Shown: positions 19,931 through 28,504 of the stretch, piece by piece | How the letters are laid out: every line of letters begins with the position of its first letter | Position numbering within the stretch: position 1 is the first letter of the stretch | Source: Minisyncoccota bacterium | GTDB taxonomy: Bacteria > Patescibacteriota > Minisyncoccia > Phycocordibacterales > JABAAK01 | Length of the DNA: 64,000 nt | Direction: 5' to 3' | NCBI GenBank assembly: GCA_963668425.1 | Contig: OY764332.1 | Coordinates: 41,241-105,240 of the forward strand | The notes under the pieces: model-generated | Seen by the model: only the letters and a program-made list of their open reading frames with translations | Database searches by the model: none | What the model was told of the DNA's origin: nothing | Position numbers and translations under genes: made by a program

Positions 19931-21215
19931 TTCCATACTACCCTGCCCTCTGGACAGCACGTCTATTTGTATGATGTCGCTGTGTGTTATTTTTTAATCT
20001 ACTAGTAGGCACTATGTGCATAGAGCATGGTGCCGTGTTACACTTTAGGTACTACAAAGGAGTTTTTTTCTATGGCATTACGTACCACAAAACAATATGT
20101 TCTTTCTGTTGCACTACTTGTGCTTGTTGTTGGTGTGTTTCTTTTTTTCTCCCCTGCACAGGTTGTAAGAGATCCTTCTGTGTCTGAAGAGAGTTTGGTG
20201 CAATCATCTTTACCGAGTCGTGCACCTGAGGGATATGCAGTGCCTGCACGAGAGGTAGTCACTCTTCCCTTTACCCATGTCAGTGCTGATCGTCTTCGTC
20301 TTGGAGATGTTCGGGAGGTGGCTGAAGGAAGGTGGGTAACGGTCATAAATCCATCTGTTGATAATTACTACAATGTATCGCCTGATGGGCAATGGTCGTT
20401 ATTCACAGGATTAAATCTTTACATCACCAGAACCGATGGATCTGGTGAAGTGCGCGAACTCTTTGCAAGAGAAGCAAATGATTCTAGCAAAGGGTATATT
20501 TTTAGATCTGCTTTCATTCCAACCGCTTGGTCTTGGGATAGCAATCGTGTCTTTTACAAGATGATACGCAGATATTTGGTTGGTCAAAATTTTTTGAATG
20601 CTGAATACGAACAATGGATTGAGAGTGTTAACATTGAGACAGGTGAAGTTACTCGCCATCCTGACATTGGTTTTAGTGATAATCTTCATAGTCACGCTAC
20701 TGCTCGCTATCCTACTGACCCAATTCTGTTTGATGACAGACCTGATTACCGACTGCATGGTATCAAAACTCATGATGGCTCTGTCAGATGGGTAATTCCT
20801 GGTTTCAGCCCATTTTCTCTTTCACCGAATAAGCGATTGGTTCTAGGGCTTGAAGAAGGTGGCAAAATAATCGGTGAAACAGGATATATCATGCATTACC
20901 TTATTTATGCCGTTGATGGAACTGGTCCGCTATACAGTTTTTACGCTGCAGATACCCCCAAATGGTCCCCTGATAGCAGTAAGTTCGCCTATTACCATGT
21001 AACAGAACGTGAAGCTGATACTGGCATCCTTCTTGCCTCAGATATCTATCTTATGAACATAGACGGCACTGGTATAACTCAACTCACTGATACGCCTGAT
21101 ATTCCTGAGCGTCTCCATGGTTGGACCCCGGATGGTCGTCTTGTTTTTAGTATCGAAGAAGATTTGTATATCGCTGACCTTGTTACAGAATAATTGAAAG
21201 GAGAAAACTGATGAA
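19931..21215. repeat. Direct repeat copy 1 (~1.29 kb): promoter region, TolB-like gene, and the first 8 codons of the downstream amidase gene.
   Basis: 19931-20060 is about 97% identical to 24701-24830. The genes encode about 70% identical proteins over their 5' halves. The 3' ~420 nt are nucleotide-identical (20790-21215 versus 25560-25985). Copy 1 ends with atgaaacgagttttttgttgtg (MKRVFCC), the same start as the amidase gene at 25981. Confidence 0.9.
20027..21193 (+). CDS. Membrane-anchored TolB-like beta-propeller (PD40/WD40-like repeat) protein, paralog 1.
   Basis: N-terminal TM segment VALLVLVVGVFLFFSP. PD40-type repeats: YNVSPDGQWSL, KWSPDSSKFAYYH, HGWTPDGRLVF. The start may be the internal Met (MALRTTKQ) at 20072. 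Confidence 0.7.
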   Translation: MVPCYTLGTTKEFFSMALRTTKQYVLSVALLVLVVGVFLFFSPAQVVRDPSVSEESLVQSSLPSRAPEGYAVPAREVVTLPFTHVSADRLRLGDVREVAEGRWVTVINPSVDNYYNVSPDGQWSLFTGLNLYITRTDGSGEVRELFAREANDSSKGYIFRSAFIPTAWSWDSNRVFYKMIRRYLVGQNFLNAEYEQWIESVNIETGEVTRHPDIGFSDNLHSHATARYPTDPILFDDRPDYRLHGIKTHDGSVRWVIPGFSPFSLSPNKRLVLGLEEGGKIIGETGYIMHYLIYAVDGTGPLYSFYAADTPKWSPDSSKFAYYHVTEREADTGILLASDIYLMNIDGTGITQLTDTPDIPERLHGWTPDGRLVFSIEEDLYIADLVTE

Positions 21216-21329
21216 ACGAGTTTTTTGTTGTGCATGTATTTGACACAGGACTTGCAGCATGACATACTTTTTGCAGAGCCTATTATTGATTTGAAAGATT
21301 ACATATATACAGGAGGAAATGTAGTGAAA

Positions 21330-21620
21330 CATATGTTTACTGCAATTGTTATGCTGTTGCTGTGCATAATCGTTACTGGATGTGAAAAAGGTGTTGATAT
21401 ACTCACACCTGCTCTTTCTGAAGACCCGGTTCATATATCAGATGATGAGTCAGAAATAGCTGTATCTGATGATGTTGAGTGCTTTGACGATCCACAGGAT
21501 GTGCCTGAATGGTGGTATTCTGTTGTGAGCGTTCCAGATCCTGATGATGGTGTGCCGGATCATAATTTTATACTTTGCGATGAAGATCAGGAAGAAATCA
21601 TGGATGAGGATCTGGAGTAA
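21330..21620 (+). CDS. Small acidic lipoprotein, hypothetical (track ORF 21225..21620; start taken at the internal Met before the signal peptide).
   Basis: MFTAIVMLLLCIIVTGCEKG gives a lipobox. The C-terminal half is very Asp/Glu-rich (DDESEIAVSDDVECFDDPQDVPEWW...DEDQEEIMDEDLE). Confidence 0.4.
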   Translation, partial: HMFTAIVMLLLCIIVTGCEKGVDILTPALSEDPVHISDDESEIAVSDDVECFDDPQDVPEWWYSVVSVPDPDDGVPDHNFILCDEDQEEIMDEDLE

Positions 21621-21632
21621 CTTCTTTTAATA

Positions 21633-21660
21633 CCCCCCCCCGTATAATGGGGGGTTCTTT
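21633..21660 (+). terminator. Rho-independent terminator (C9 / gtataat / G6 hairpin followed by TTCTTTT).
   Basis: tacccccccccgtataatggggggttcttttatgg lies 13 bp after the stop of the 21330..21620 gene. Confidence 0.6.
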
Positions 21661-21770
21661 TATGGATAAGCAGCGAAAATATTAACCACGGTCAACAATA
21701 TTGCGGTAATTTTCATATTACAATTGTAACATAACCATAGATTTCAGCGCTTCGTTACTACTGTTTATTC

Positions 21771-23510
21771 TTATTTTGTATGTGTTCTTTCTTGAATTTT
21801 AGCTTTTATGATATCTGTCTCTAATCTGTACAATAGATGAGATATGCTACTTAATATATCTAGGCAATCTTTATCAGTAAAGATGTTTTTTGAGAAATCT
21901 ACTTCTTTTTTCTTAGTGGCTGTTTCATGATGACGGGTTATGTTTGCGGCGGCACAGCACCCTCTTGCTATACAGAAATTACTTTCCTCTAAATCATTTT
22001 TCACAGCTTTATCTAGTGGAACTTTTTCCAAACTTCCGCAATCTTTGCCATCTTTGCTATCTTTGCTAAGATATTCATTAATTAGTTTTGCGCCACTCAT
22101 ATTCTTCTCCCCACTGACCTTTTTTAACTCCATTTCATATATTTCCCATGCTTTCGTTAATGCGCTTGTGTAATCTTTCTTCTTGTAGTCTGCAAGAATT
22201 TTATTCTCCTTCTTCAATTTTTTATGGAGATAGCGCCAATGAAATTCTGCATATTCGGGAACAATCTCCAACACATCGCTCACTATTTTTTCTTCACGAT
22301 CTGGATGCTCTTCCGCAAGCAAAAACAATGATCGTAACGGTTCTTTTTTGTCATCAGGAATATTCTCTTGATACTTCTTAAAATCAATACTACTTAACTT
22401 TTCTGATATTTTTTTGGTAGCGCTCTCTTTCCTCATTTCACGCCACTTTTTTTCGGTACCGTTTATTATATCTTTCAAGCAATCTTCCAAAGGTTTTAAT
22501 TCTTCGTTATCCCAATCCAAAGTTCTCCTGTTCGTTGCGACCATGTCCTCTTCTTTATCCTCAATAAAGTCTATATGAATTTCTCCTGTAATGTATCTGA
22601 AGAAATTGCTTGAGGCACTGCCGAAGGCAGTCGGCTCATTAACCAATTTATTTCTTGCAAAGAGAGAAACACCTTGCATATCTTTCCGCGGTAGAGGCGA
22701 TCTTGCAGTTTTTATGATGCCTTTAATCTTACCCTTGAACACATTGTGTTGCTCAGGTATTTGTTCATCCCCTACTTGAAACTCGCCCTCTATATCAATT
22801 CCCTCAACTCTCAGTTTGTTGCTCAGAGTGTACTCATTACCATCTCCTTCTTTAACTACCACCAAAAAATCGTTGCCAAAGTTGACCCTCCTCGATAAAC
22901 TAACTGCAAGCTCTTTTACATCAATCTTTGTCTTTCTTTTGACCTCTGTAAGAGTGATTTTTGTTCCGCTACTCATCTGTGTATCAACGTCATTCTCTAT
23001 TAGCTTAAAAGAACACTTGTCGTCTTGAGATTTCTCAATATCTCTCCAATCCATTTGAAACATGTTCATTTTTCCATTTTTAATTGTTCTCACCTCAACA
23101 ATATTTGCTATACCGAACATAGCAAGCTTCCCCAACCCTTTTCTACCAGTAATTTTTCGTCCGTTTGGACTGGTATCGCCCTCCTCTTCTTTCCTTCTCT
23201 TTCTTCCGACTATGAGAAAGCGCTTTGCTAAATCTTCACGGCTCATGCCTAAACCATCGTCCTCAATCTCTATGCTCTTTACACTGTTCTTATCTTGCTG
23301 TATTGAAATCGTAATCTTTTTTGCATCTGCATCATATGCATTAGAAATACTCTCCACAAGCCCGTGTGGCAATCGTGTATACATCTTTATACCCAAATCA
23401 CCTATAGTCCTCGGGTCAAAAATTAATGGCAAACTGTCATTCATAGTAAATATTCTAAATCCACCCCTCTTTGTTAATGGAATGTTCTTTGAAGATAAAA
23501 TATAAAGCAA
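21771..23510 (-). CDS. GHKL-superfamily (HATPase_c_3 / MutL-MORC-like) ATPase, the likely second component of a restriction-modification or defence system with the adjacent cytosine methyltransferase.
   Basis: Bergerat-fold motifs: LVESISNAYDADA (N-box), IEIEDDGLGMS (G1 box), TGRKGLGKLAMFG (G2 box). The likely true start is MNDSLPLIFDPR. It lies 6 bp downstream of the methyltransferase on the same strand. The C-terminal ~300 aa is Lys/Glu-rich with scattered Cys and is unassigned. Confidence 0.7.
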   Translation of the reverse strand: MLYILSSKNIPLTKRGGFRIFTMNDSLPLIFDPRTIGDLGIKMYTRLPHGLVESISNAYDADAKKITISIQQDKNSVKSIEIEDDGLGMSREDLAKRFLIVGRKRRKEEEGDTSPNGRKITGRKGLGKLAMFGIANIVEVRTIKNGKMNMFQMDWRDIEKSQDDKCSFKLIENDVDTQMSSGTKITLTEVKRKTKIDVKELAVSLSRRVNFGNDFLVVVKEGDGNEYTLSNKLRVEGIDIEGEFQVGDEQIPEQHNVFKGKIKGIIKTARSPLPRKDMQGVSLFARNKLVNEPTAFGSASSNFFRYITGEIHIDFIEDKEEDMVATNRRTLDWDNEELKPLEDCLKDIINGTEKKWREMRKESATKKISEKLSSIDFKKYQENIPDDKKEPLRSLFLLAEEHPDREEKIVSDVLEIVPEYAEFHWRYLHKKLKKENKILADYKKKDYTSALTKAWEIYEMELKKVSGEKNMSGAKLINEYLSKDSKDGKDCGSLEKVPLDKAVKNDLEESNFCIARGCCAAANITRHHETATKKKEVDFSKNIFTDKDCLDILSSISHLLYRLETDIIKAKIQERTHTK

Positions 23511-23516
23511 GCATCC

Positions 23517-24575
23517 TCAAGTTACATGCCTGTGATGTTTTATTATAGCATCCCCCATTTTTTTTGCATAAAATGGTGGCACTGCATTGCCGATCATGCG
23601 GGCTATTTGGCTGATGCTGTCACCAATAAAAGTGTATTTTTTTGGAAACGTTTGCAAGGTTGCTCCCTCTCTTAGGGAAATGGCACGGTTCTCTTCTGGG
23701 TGAGCAAATCTACCGTTTGATATGCTAAAAAACTTTGTAGTGAGCGTGGGTGCTGGCCTGTTCCACGACATACGACCGTATGTGTCACTGAACGATGTAT
23801 TTCCATTCTTATGCTTATATGCGTTAATCTGTAAATCAGTATTTGCCCAGACATTTCGTGAACCGCCATCCTTTTTTGTCATTTTCAATCTCCTCAGATT
23901 TTCTTCGCTTAGTCCAGCCACTGTGTGAAGAAATCTTGTTGTATCTTTATGACCAGCAGAGATTTTTTTAAACCCGTTCTTTTCTCCTATAAAATCAGCA
24001 ACAACAGGCCTATTTTTTGTCTTTTTTGGAAAGACACTTTTGTCACTCACCCTATTGGCAATTAAAGAAAATCTTTTTCTCGTTTCTGGTACTCCATAGT
24101 GATGGAGGTTTACCACTTCATAATAAACTGTGTAACCACTTTTTTGCAATGATTGCACAAATATATCTAACCCACTTTCCTTGTATTTTTTTAATATACC
24201 AGGAACATTTTCAACGACAACATACCCAGGGTTATAATATTTTACAAAGCGGTGAAAATCATTCAAGAGATGCTTTGATTTTTTTGATCTGTTTTTATTG
24301 GTTCTGATTATTGTCCAGTATTGACAAGGACTGCATCCGACGAATATAAGATTATCATCATTTCTCTTGATGTTAATTTCTCTTGACAGGTAACTCTCTT
24401 TTAATTTTTTAATATCAGCTAGGATATATCTTGATCCCTTTATGTTTGCCTCATAGGTTTCTTGGCATTTTGGATCAATGTCAATACCAGCAAGAACATC
24501 AATACCTGCTTTTTGTAAGCCGAAACTCATTCCCCCGCCAGAACAAAAAAAATCAACTGCTTTTATTGCGTTCAT
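23517..24575 (-). CDS. DNA (cytosine-5)-methyltransferase.
   Basis: Motif I VDFFCSGGGMSFGL; motif IV GCSPCQYWT (PCQ); motif VI VVVENVPGIL (ENV); motif X RMIGNAVPPF. Length is 352 aa. Confidence 0.92.
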   Translation of the reverse strand: MNAIKAVDFFCSGGGMSFGLQKAGIDVLAGIDIDPKCQETYEANIKGSRYILADIKKLKESYLSREINIKRNDDNLIFVGCSPCQYWTIIRTNKNRSKKSKHLLNDFHRFVKYYNPGYVVVENVPGILKKYKESGLDIFVQSLQKSGYTVYYEVVNLHHYGVPETRKRFSLIANRVSDKSVFPKKTKNRPVVADFIGEKNGFKKISAGHKDTTRFLHTVAGLSEENLRRLKMTKKDGGSRNVWANTDLQINAYKHKNGNTSFSDTYGRMSWNRPAPTLTTKFFSISNGRFAHPEENRAISLREGATLQTFPKKYTFIGDSISQIARMIGNAVPPFYAKKMGDAIIKHHRHVT

Positions 24576-24700
24576 ACACTGTTATGGTAGCATCCTATAC
24601 TGCCTCAAAGGTTTCATGACCAATTATTGTAAAAATACCGTTATATTCATTATGACAGGCGATACAGGATTTTTCTGTAACTTTTATGTGTGCTACTTTC

Positions 24701-25985
24701 CATGCTACCCTGCCCTTTGGACAGCACGTCTATTTGTATGATGTCGCTGTGTGTTATTTTTTAACCTACTAGTAGGCACTATGTGCATAGAGCATGGTGC
24801 CGTGTTACACTTTAGGTACTACAAAGGAGTTTACTATGGCATTACTTAAGACAAAACGATATGTTTTTTCTGTTGCACTGCTTGTGCTTGTTGGTGGCGT
24901 TGTTTTTTTACTTGTTTCTCCTGCACAGGTTGTAAGAGAGTCCGCATTACCTGAAGAGAGCTTGGTGCAATCGTCTTTACCGAGTCGTGCACCGGTAGGG
25001 TATGAGGTACCTACACGACCTGTCGTTACCTTTCCCTTTACGCATGTTAGTGCTGATCGTCTTCGTCTTGGGAATATTCAAGAGGTGTCTGAAGGAAGGT
25101 GGGTAACGGTCATAAATCCATCTGTTGATAATTACTACAATGTATCGCCTGATGGGCAATGGTCGTTATCCAGAGGATTAAATCTTTACATCACCAGAAC
25201 CGATGGATCTGGTGAGAAGCGTGCACTGCTGACACACTCAAGAGATAATCCTGATGATATAATATATATCTCTACCAATCGAATTGTTTGGTCCTGGGAT
25301 AGCAGTCGCATTTTCTACCCATTTAGGCGACAATACTACCTTGATGCAGAAAGTCTAACTAGTGAATATGAACAATGGGTTGAGAGTGTTAACATTGAGA
25401 CAGGTGAAGTTACTCGTCATACTGATATTGGCTACTACGCCAATCTTCATAGTCACGCTACTGCTCGCTATCCTACTGACCCTGTTATATTTGACGATAG
25501 TTTTGATTACCCACCAGAAGGCCCTCGTGGTATCAAAACTCATGATGGCTCTGCCAGATGGGTAATTCCTGGCTTCAGACCATTTTCTCTTTCACCGAAT
25601 AAGCGATTGGTTCTAGGGCTTGAAGAAGGTGGCAAAATAATCGGTGAAACAGGATATATCATGCATTACCTTATTTATGCCGTTGATGGAACTGGTCCGC
25701 TATACAGTTTTTACGGTGCAGATACCCCCAAATGGTCCCCTGATAGCAGTAAGTTCGCCTATTACCATGTAACAGAACGTGAAGCTGATACTGGCATCCT
25801 TCTTGCCTCAGATATCTATCTTATGAACATAGACGGCACTGGTATAACTCAACTCACTGATACGCCTGATATTCCTGAGCGTCTCCATGGTTGGACCCCG
25901 GATGGTCGTCTTGTTTTTAGTATCGAAGAAGATTTGTATATCGCTGACCTTGTCACAGAATAATTAAAAGGAGGAAACTAATGAA
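24701..25985. repeat. Direct repeat copy 2 (~1.29 kb), partner of 19931-21215.
   Basis: See copy 1. The two copies bracket the small lipoprotein gene plus the methyltransferase/ATPase cassette. Confidence 0.9.
24794..25963 (+). CDS. Membrane-anchored TolB-like beta-propeller protein, paralog 2.
   Basis: 389 aa. Same architecture as 20027..21193. The C-terminal 140 aa are identical at both protein and nucleotide level. Confidence 0.7.
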   Translation: MVPCYTLGTTKEFTMALLKTKRYVFSVALLVLVGGVVFLLVSPAQVVRESALPEESLVQSSLPSRAPVGYEVPTRPVVTFPFTHVSADRLRLGNIQEVSEGRWVTVINPSVDNYYNVSPDGQWSLSRGLNLYITRTDGSGEKRALLTHSRDNPDDIIYISTNRIVWSWDSSRIFYPFRRQYYLDAESLTSEYEQWVESVNIETGEVTRHTDIGYYANLHSHATARYPTDPVIFDDSFDYPPEGPRGIKTHDGSARWVIPGFRPFSLSPNKRLVLGLEEGGKIIGETGYIMHYLIYAVDGTGPLYSFYGADTPKWSPDSSKFAYYHVTEREADTGILLASDIYLMNIDGTGITQLTDTPDIPERLHGWTPDGRLVFSIEEDLYIADLVTE

Positions 25986-27597
25986 ACGAGTTTTTTGTTG
26001 TGTAGGTGTGTTGTTGTGTTTTATGTTGCTACAGAGTGCTATTGCCCAGACCTATCGTATCTACATAGATCCAGGGCATTACAAGGGCAATGGTGCTAGT
26101 CATGTGCATGAGAAAACCGGGGAGCTGATACGTGAGGAGGATATATCTCTTGCAGTTGGCTTGAAGCTTCGTGCTCTTCTCATGAGTGACACCTTTACTG
26201 GTGTCACCTGGGATGTGCGGATGTCTCGCATGGGACCAGATTCACGTACTCGTGCACTGAGTGACCCAAAGAATAGAGCAGAAGATGCGATAGATTTTCG
26301 AGCAGGTATATTCATCAGCATCCACTGTAATAAAGGTAAGGGAGATGGTACTGAAACCTTTTGGGCTGACAGAAAGGATACTGATCTTGACAACAGAGGA
26401 ATACCGATAGGATTTGCATTCAAGAAACAAAGTGTCAACAATAAGAGTAAACGCCTTGCTGGACTTGTGCACAAGCACATGGTATCCCGTGGTAATTGGT
26501 CTAGTCGTTCTCATGATACAGAAAGTAGTGAGGGAGAAACTCTGGATCAAAAATATATGATTAACCGCACGGCTAAATTCTTTGAGGACGACACTCGATT
26601 CCCCGGCTTCGGAGGACATATTCCAATACTTCTGGCGCTTAAGGGTGTTCCCGGCTGCCTCAATGAGATAGGGTTTCTTGACAATCAGAAGAACTTGGAA
26701 AAGTTGGTGTCTCCGTACTGGCAACATCGGTTTGCTGAGGCGTATCGGGATGCTATTTTTGAGTATGTTGGATTAGAGATGCCAGAGTATCTCACTGTCT
26801 ATTTGGAGCCAGGTCAGAACATGATCTCTTGGCCTGGTATTCCTATTGGCACTGGTAGCAGAGGAGTCCTTATCAACAGTGAGCAGTTTCCAGCGACTCG
26901 AATACTGAGACGATGGAATCCTGAGAAAAAAGAACATGAACGAGTTAGTCAGGTTGTCTTTGGTGAAGGGTATCTACTGTACGTACCAGCACGAAGAGCG
27001 GAGGGAGAGTTACTAGATATTTCCTTTTTCCCTCAAACTTCTTACACACTACAGTTGAAAAGTGGGTTCAATATGATTGGTAGTGTTTCTGGCCATACCT
27101 TGTTCTCAACTATTGTAGATAGAGTGAATAGAGGAGGTGTACAGTGTCTTGACTCAACGTTCTTGATTTTGCGTAATGGGAGGTTGACCGTGGATAGTGA
27201 TGGTGTCATGCGACCAGGTGTTGGATATCTTGTGCGGGCATGTAAAGATGTTGAGATAACGGTGTCTGCTTCGTTGGCAGCACCTTCTGTGGTGTCTCTT
27301 CCTGCAGAGACCCAGCTGTTTGCTAACTTCCCTAACCCTTTCAATCCTGAGACGTGGATACCGTTTCATTTGCAGAATGCTGGGGAGGTTACTCTTTCTA
27401 TCTATGGTGTCTCAGGACACCTTGTTAGAACTATACCTCTTGGTCATCTTTCCTCAGGTTCCTATGATACCAAAGACACTGCTGCCTACTGGGATGGTAG
27501 GAATGAACACGGTACTCAGGTTGCCTCTGGTATCTACTTCTATACACTAGAGACACAAGGTGTTTCTTTTACTAGAAAGATGGTGGTGTTGAAGTAG
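25981..27597 (+). CDS. Secreted N-acetylmuramoyl-L-alanine amidase (Amidase_3 family) with a C-terminal beta-sandwich resembling the T9SS type-A sorting domain (FlgD-Ig-like).
   Basis: Signal peptide MKRVFCCVGVLLCFMLLQSAIA. Amidase_3 motifs RIYIDPGHYKGNGAS and IFISIHCNKGKGDGTETFW. The C-terminal 90 aa, FANFPNPFNPETWIPFHL...VTLSIYGVSGHLVRTIPLG...AAYWDGRNEHGTQVASGIYFYTLET...RKMVVLK, matches the consensus N[YF]PNPFNP..TI.F.L......V.L.IYd.sGrlVrtL....l.aG.....WDG.d..G..vasGvYfy.L.......KmvllK closely. Confidence 0.8.
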   Translation: MKRVFCCVGVLLCFMLLQSAIAQTYRIYIDPGHYKGNGASHVHEKTGELIREEDISLAVGLKLRALLMSDTFTGVTWDVRMSRMGPDSRTRALSDPKNRAEDAIDFRAGIFISIHCNKGKGDGTETFWADRKDTDLDNRGIPIGFAFKKQSVNNKSKRLAGLVHKHMVSRGNWSSRSHDTESSEGETLDQKYMINRTAKFFEDDTRFPGFGGHIPILLALKGVPGCLNEIGFLDNQKNLEKLVSPYWQHRFAEAYRDAIFEYVGLEMPEYLTVYLEPGQNMISWPGIPIGTGSRGVLINSEQFPATRILRRWNPEKKEHERVSQVVFGEGYLLYVPARRAEGELLDISFFPQTSYTLQLKSGFNMIGSVSGHTLFSTIVDRVNRGGVQCLDSTFLILRNGRLTVDSDGVMRPGVGYLVRACKDVEITVSASLAAPSVVSLPAETQLFANFPNPFNPETWIPFHLQNAGEVTLSIYGVSGHLVRTIPLGHLSSGSYDTKDTAAYWDGRNEHGTQVASGIYFYTLETQGVSFTRKMVVLK

Positions 27598-27654
27598 GTG
27601 TAGTAAAGTAAAGACCCACACCATGGTGTGGGTCTTTTTCATTTCTTCTGTTTC

Positions 27655-28350
27655 TTATTCCTGCTCTTCAATCAAGTCAAGATTGAGTTCATCAGGAACA
27701 AGAAAGGCGAATTTTCCACCAAATGCAAATGGATCATTGGGGTGAAAACCTCGTGCATCCTCGTCTATAAGTAATTCTAGTAGAAGTATCCAAAGGCCGA
27801 TGTTGGTGGCAGGGTCTGGATATGCGTCATCCCGTGTGATGACAGGCACCTTCGGGATGTCATTTTCAACACCGACAATCGGTGGATCAATTGCCACAAT
27901 AAACTCACCAAGACGATCTCCTGTGGAATAATCGGGCTGATCAAGGAACTGCTCCCGTAGTGCAAGAGCGACTTCAAATGTCATGGGTGCAAGCCCCATT
28001 GTTTCTGCCCTTTTAAGAATAGTATCGTACTGGACGATTTCATCTTCAGCGAATCCCATCTCCGGCATAGAGAGAACGACAACATGATACACTTCTCGCT
28101 TTCCGGAGAGTATGAGATGATCATTTATTGCTTCCTCTGTCCATCCGCTGACAGTAATATTACGTTCACGAAGACCACGAAATATATCCTCAGTGGTCTT
28201 ATGCACAGTAACAACAGTGAAATCAGGACGAAATTTTTCCAACTCTAATGCTTGCCCTTCATCTAATGGATTTTCACCTCCAGAGCAAGATAGTAGTGAT
28301 AGACAGACAAGACACAGTAGTAGTACCGTGAAAGAAAAGCGATGAAACAA
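27655..28350 (-). CDS. Lipoprotein, hypothetical.
   Basis: MFHRFSFTVLLLCLVCLSLLSCSGGENP contains a lipobox (LLSCSGG). Length is 231 aa. Confidence 0.5.
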   Translation of the reverse strand: MFHRFSFTVLLLCLVCLSLLSCSGGENPLDEGQALELEKFRPDFTVVTVHKTTEDIFRGLRERNITVSGWTEEAINDHLILSGKREVYHVVVLSMPEMGFAEDEIVQYDTILKRAETMGLAPMTFEVALALREQFLDQPDYSTGDRLGEFIVAIDPPIVGVENDIPKVPVITRDDAYPDPATNIGLWILLLELLIDEDARGFHPNDPFAFGGKFAFLVPDELNLDLIEEQE

Positions 28351-28504
28351 AATATGTTTGCCTCCTTTTGTAATTTGAGTTTTAGGGTATGTGCCCCAAG
28401 ACGATTATATAGGAGAAAAATGGTATATGCAAAAACAGATTCCGGCTATACAACTCTTGTTAGAGGAAGAACAGCCCTCAACGATCTCCCATTGTCGTGT
28501 ACTG

